Under the pieces are notes generated by a model. It made no database searches. It was not told where the DNA came from and saw nothing but the letters and a program-made list of their open reading frames with translations. From positions 21,700,001-21,764,000 of the forward strand of contig JBHGNT010000003.1 of NCBI GenBank assembly GCA_043228905.1: a stretch of 64,000 nucleotides of DNA, read 5' to 3'. Below, piece after piece: positions 61,276 through 64,000 of this stretch (the first letter of the stretch is position 1; each line of letters begins with the position of its first letter). The stretch comes from Azolla caroliniana (Eukaryota > Plantae > Polypodiophyta). Made by a program: the position numbers and the translations under genes.

Positions 61276-62090
61276 TGGGCAAATGCATGCATTAGTTCAT
61301 GTGATGCAATACTAATCCAAAATCCAATGTGCAATAATACATTTGAGTAGTTCTCATGTGAATACAAGTGTCATTTTAATGCAATTTAGAATAGTGTGTG
61401 TCGAAGGTCTCATTGCACGTAATATTTACATAAAGTCAACCATAAAAGGCATTGTACTAGCAATTAGAGAAATTTTCATGCGGCCCAGGTAAATTCAATC
61501 AACCAAATGACGTTGCCACAGGTATCATCGAATATTAATTACAAATAACCATGGGCAAATGCATTTATCAATTCATCATGTGATGCAATGCTAATCCAAA
61601 GTGCATACCCATTTGTATGCTCAATATTAGAATTTTGTAGTCATATGAATGCAAAGTTTCATTTTAATGCAATTTTCTATAGTAAATGATGCTTTCATTG
61701 CCTCGAATTGTTTACATAGAGTCAACCACAGAGATGTCCTAGCTGTCGAAGAGGAGTTTTTGGTCTGGCCCAGGTAAATTCATCCAGCCACATGATAGTA
61801 CTTCAAGCATCATTAATAATGACAAGTAACAAACGGCACATACATGCATTTGTTCATGCGATGCAACACTGTTCCAAAATACATCCTCATTGTGTGTACA
61901 ATATTAGAATTGAGCAGTAGTCATACAAATACAATGTGTCAATTTAGTGCAAATTTGAATAGTAAACAAAGCTCTCATTGCATGTAATATTTTCATAAAG
62001 TCAACCACACATGAATTGTACTAGCAATCGAAGAGGAGTTTTCGTATGACACAAGGAAATTCATCTAGCCATATGACGTGGCAAGCATCA
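61276..62090 (+). repeat. Three diverged ~280-bp tandem units in the FRO-2 upstream region
   Basis: Units start at ~61276, 61552 and 61834 and share TTCATG.GATGCAA..CT..TCCAAA, CTCATTGC, AGTCAACCA and AGG.AAATTCA. Confidence 0.85.
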
Positions 62091-62501
62091 TGCTCTGCAA
62101 GTTGCATATTAATGGATAATCACAAGCTTAACATAATGCCTCTAGAGTCGTGTGATACTCCGAGCATCATGCATCATGATTCGCCTGGCCATATGGAACT
62201 GCAAGCATCGTGCTTACGTTGGATGGTGAATGCCCACAAGAATGTTCGTCTAGCCGCATGACATGTTGTGCTCAAGTTCATGTATATTGGCGATCCATCA
62301 AGATGTGGGATTATGTGTGTTGGGCCCATGGGTATGAAGTGCTCGGTTCTGATTCAAGGTGTAGGATGTTCTAGTGCATATTATATGGCCACTGATATGT
62401 GGGGCATGACCCTCGATAATTTAGTTTAATGCAGGTGCCGCATTTTAACTTCAATTCGATGGATACCATCCCATGAAGTTACTCATAGCGATCAAAGACT
62501 A

Positions 62502-62624
62502 GTACATGATCATCACGTGATGAAAAACTAGTACATTCAAGAATCTTAATGTTTTGTCACTCTATGTAGTACACTGGAGTACACACTTGTGGTAGTACAA
62601 GTTGACTTAAAAAAGTGGGAGTAC
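62502..62624. promoter_or_regulatory. GTAC cluster in the FRO-2 promoter plus a CACGTG G-box
   Basis: AGTACA with its GTAC core at 62502, 62531, 62569, 62579, 62595 and 62621. CACGTG at 62514. Confidence 0.7.
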
Positions 62625-62783
62625 AACAATGGTTGTTGTCAAGAATGTCAACGCCGACTACATAATACATAAAGCTAAGGGCTGGATTCATGTGAACATG
62701 CATGGTAGCTGAAAGTTGATGGCCTTTTAAAATCATATCATTTAAAAGCTTGAGTAGCAACTAATTGAGGGAGCTTAAATCAC

Positions 62784-63993
62784 ATGGGCAAGGCGGCAAT
62801 TGCGACGGAGATGGGAAGACCCCATGGAGACACGGCGCGGATCGAGCAGGAGATACGTATGGCACGCGTGGCGAAGTTGGCCGTGCAAGTTGTGATCGTG
62901 GCCGCGTGCTTCTTCTGGGTCCTGTATTGGTTTGTATCGCCTGACCCCGCGAGCGACCAGAAATATGTCGAGACGTGGGTTGGCGATCGATCCCACTCTC
63001 GCTTCTTCCGTACCGACGGCCGTGAAGGTAAAAAAAGACCATGAAATTAAGCTTGTAATATATGCAAGCTTTTGGCCATGAATCAAAATGGATAAAAAAA
63101 ACCAAAAGATTTGTACAAGGAAATTTAGAGCTAGGGGTACCGATCGTGGTTTATTGATCGGTATGTGGTTGGACACAGGTTTGACATTCACATTCCAAGC
63201 GTTGCCATTCGTGGTGGTGGCCGTGTTGAGCTTCGCGGTGATAGGCCTACGCGAATTCATAAAGAGGAAGGAGGTGGAGCTATGGTCTTCATTGTCAGCC
63301 GAGGGTAAGTCGGCATTGGCTCCATCATCGCCGTACTTGCGGGAGTGGCAATGGAGCACCTATCCATTGTGGATCGATGGGCGCGTGTTAGGCATCCTCA
63401 CGGCAGCAGAAGTGGTCGGCATCCTCGGGATCCTCTTCTTGATCTCATACAATTTCGGAAGGACCGTGCACCTCTCGTTCGGCCGAATCGATGACGGGAC
63501 TGCGACGCAACACCATCACCATGGATCCTCACTACCATCCAAGTAATCATGCAAATCCATCACTCACTACATATATACATATATGTGTATATATATATAT
63601 ATATATATGCTAAAGATAGATAGATAGATGGATGGATGGAAGGATGGATAGATATGTATATGTATATAGATATTTTTATGTATTGTAACCATTGATGATG
63701 AATCTTAATTGTATGAGGTATATCAATATATTGTCGAAATGTTTTTGTGGATATGTAGGTCCTGGCAGAAGGTAAATTCGGCAGCGTTCTACTTTGGGAC
63801 GGCCGCGATCGTGCCATTCTCATTGCTGTGGATCCCGGTGTCGCGGGGCTCGGTGCTCCTGCGGATTGTCGGGATCCCGTTCGAACGCGCCGTGCGCTAC
63901 CATATCTGGCTTGCAAACCTAATGATCCTCCTGGTCACCCTCCATAGCATAGGCTATATTGTCTTCTACTACTACAATGGCCAGGCAGAACTG
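62784..63993 (+). CDS. FRO: Second FRO paralog, first three exons (truncated by the window end)
   Basis: Exons 62784-63027, 63179-63542 and 63759-63993 have the same intron positions and phases as FRO-1. Shared peptides include ILTAAEVVGILGILFLISYNFGR, PVSRGSVLLR and RYHIWLANL. Confidence 0.92.
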
Positions 63994-64000
63994 GTAGATA

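Noticed and set aside
61276-62090. CRISPR-like or other repeat-spacer array
   Set aside because: These are long diverged tandem units without unique spacers, in a eukaryotic context with no cas genes.

Overview
Repeat-rich land-plant nuclear DNA; the style suggests a fern or another non-angiosperm, which is an inference. Six protein-coding genes are supported: a CYP86-clan cytochrome P450 (+, 5369-6988), a 12-exon DHRS7-like short-chain dehydrogenase (-, 17497-23407), a type II PI4-kinase gamma (-, 28572-30737), a DNAJC2/ZRF1 co-chaperone (-, 36874-38931) and two tandem ferric/cupric-chelate reductases (FRO; 52562-56052 complete, 62784 onward cut off by the window end). Intergenic space holds a decayed Ty1/copia element, three internally deleted chromovirus-type gypsy elements, a tRNA-Trp-primed non-autonomous LTR family, a TRIM-like element, a solo LTR, LINE fragments with TSDs, MITE-like repeats, tandem duplications and microsatellites. 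The best leads are: (1) both FRO promoters carry dense, positionally conserved GTAC (copper-response-type) clusters, and FRO-1 has non-canonical FAD/NADPH motifs; (2) an inverted pair of LTR-like modules combines an antisense tRNA-like cassette, heat-shock elements and a TATA box; (3) a Cys/Trp-rich AUG-less uORF lies before the PI4K gamma start. None is proven novel without database searches. All coordinates were read by hand and boundaries of decayed repeats are approximate.
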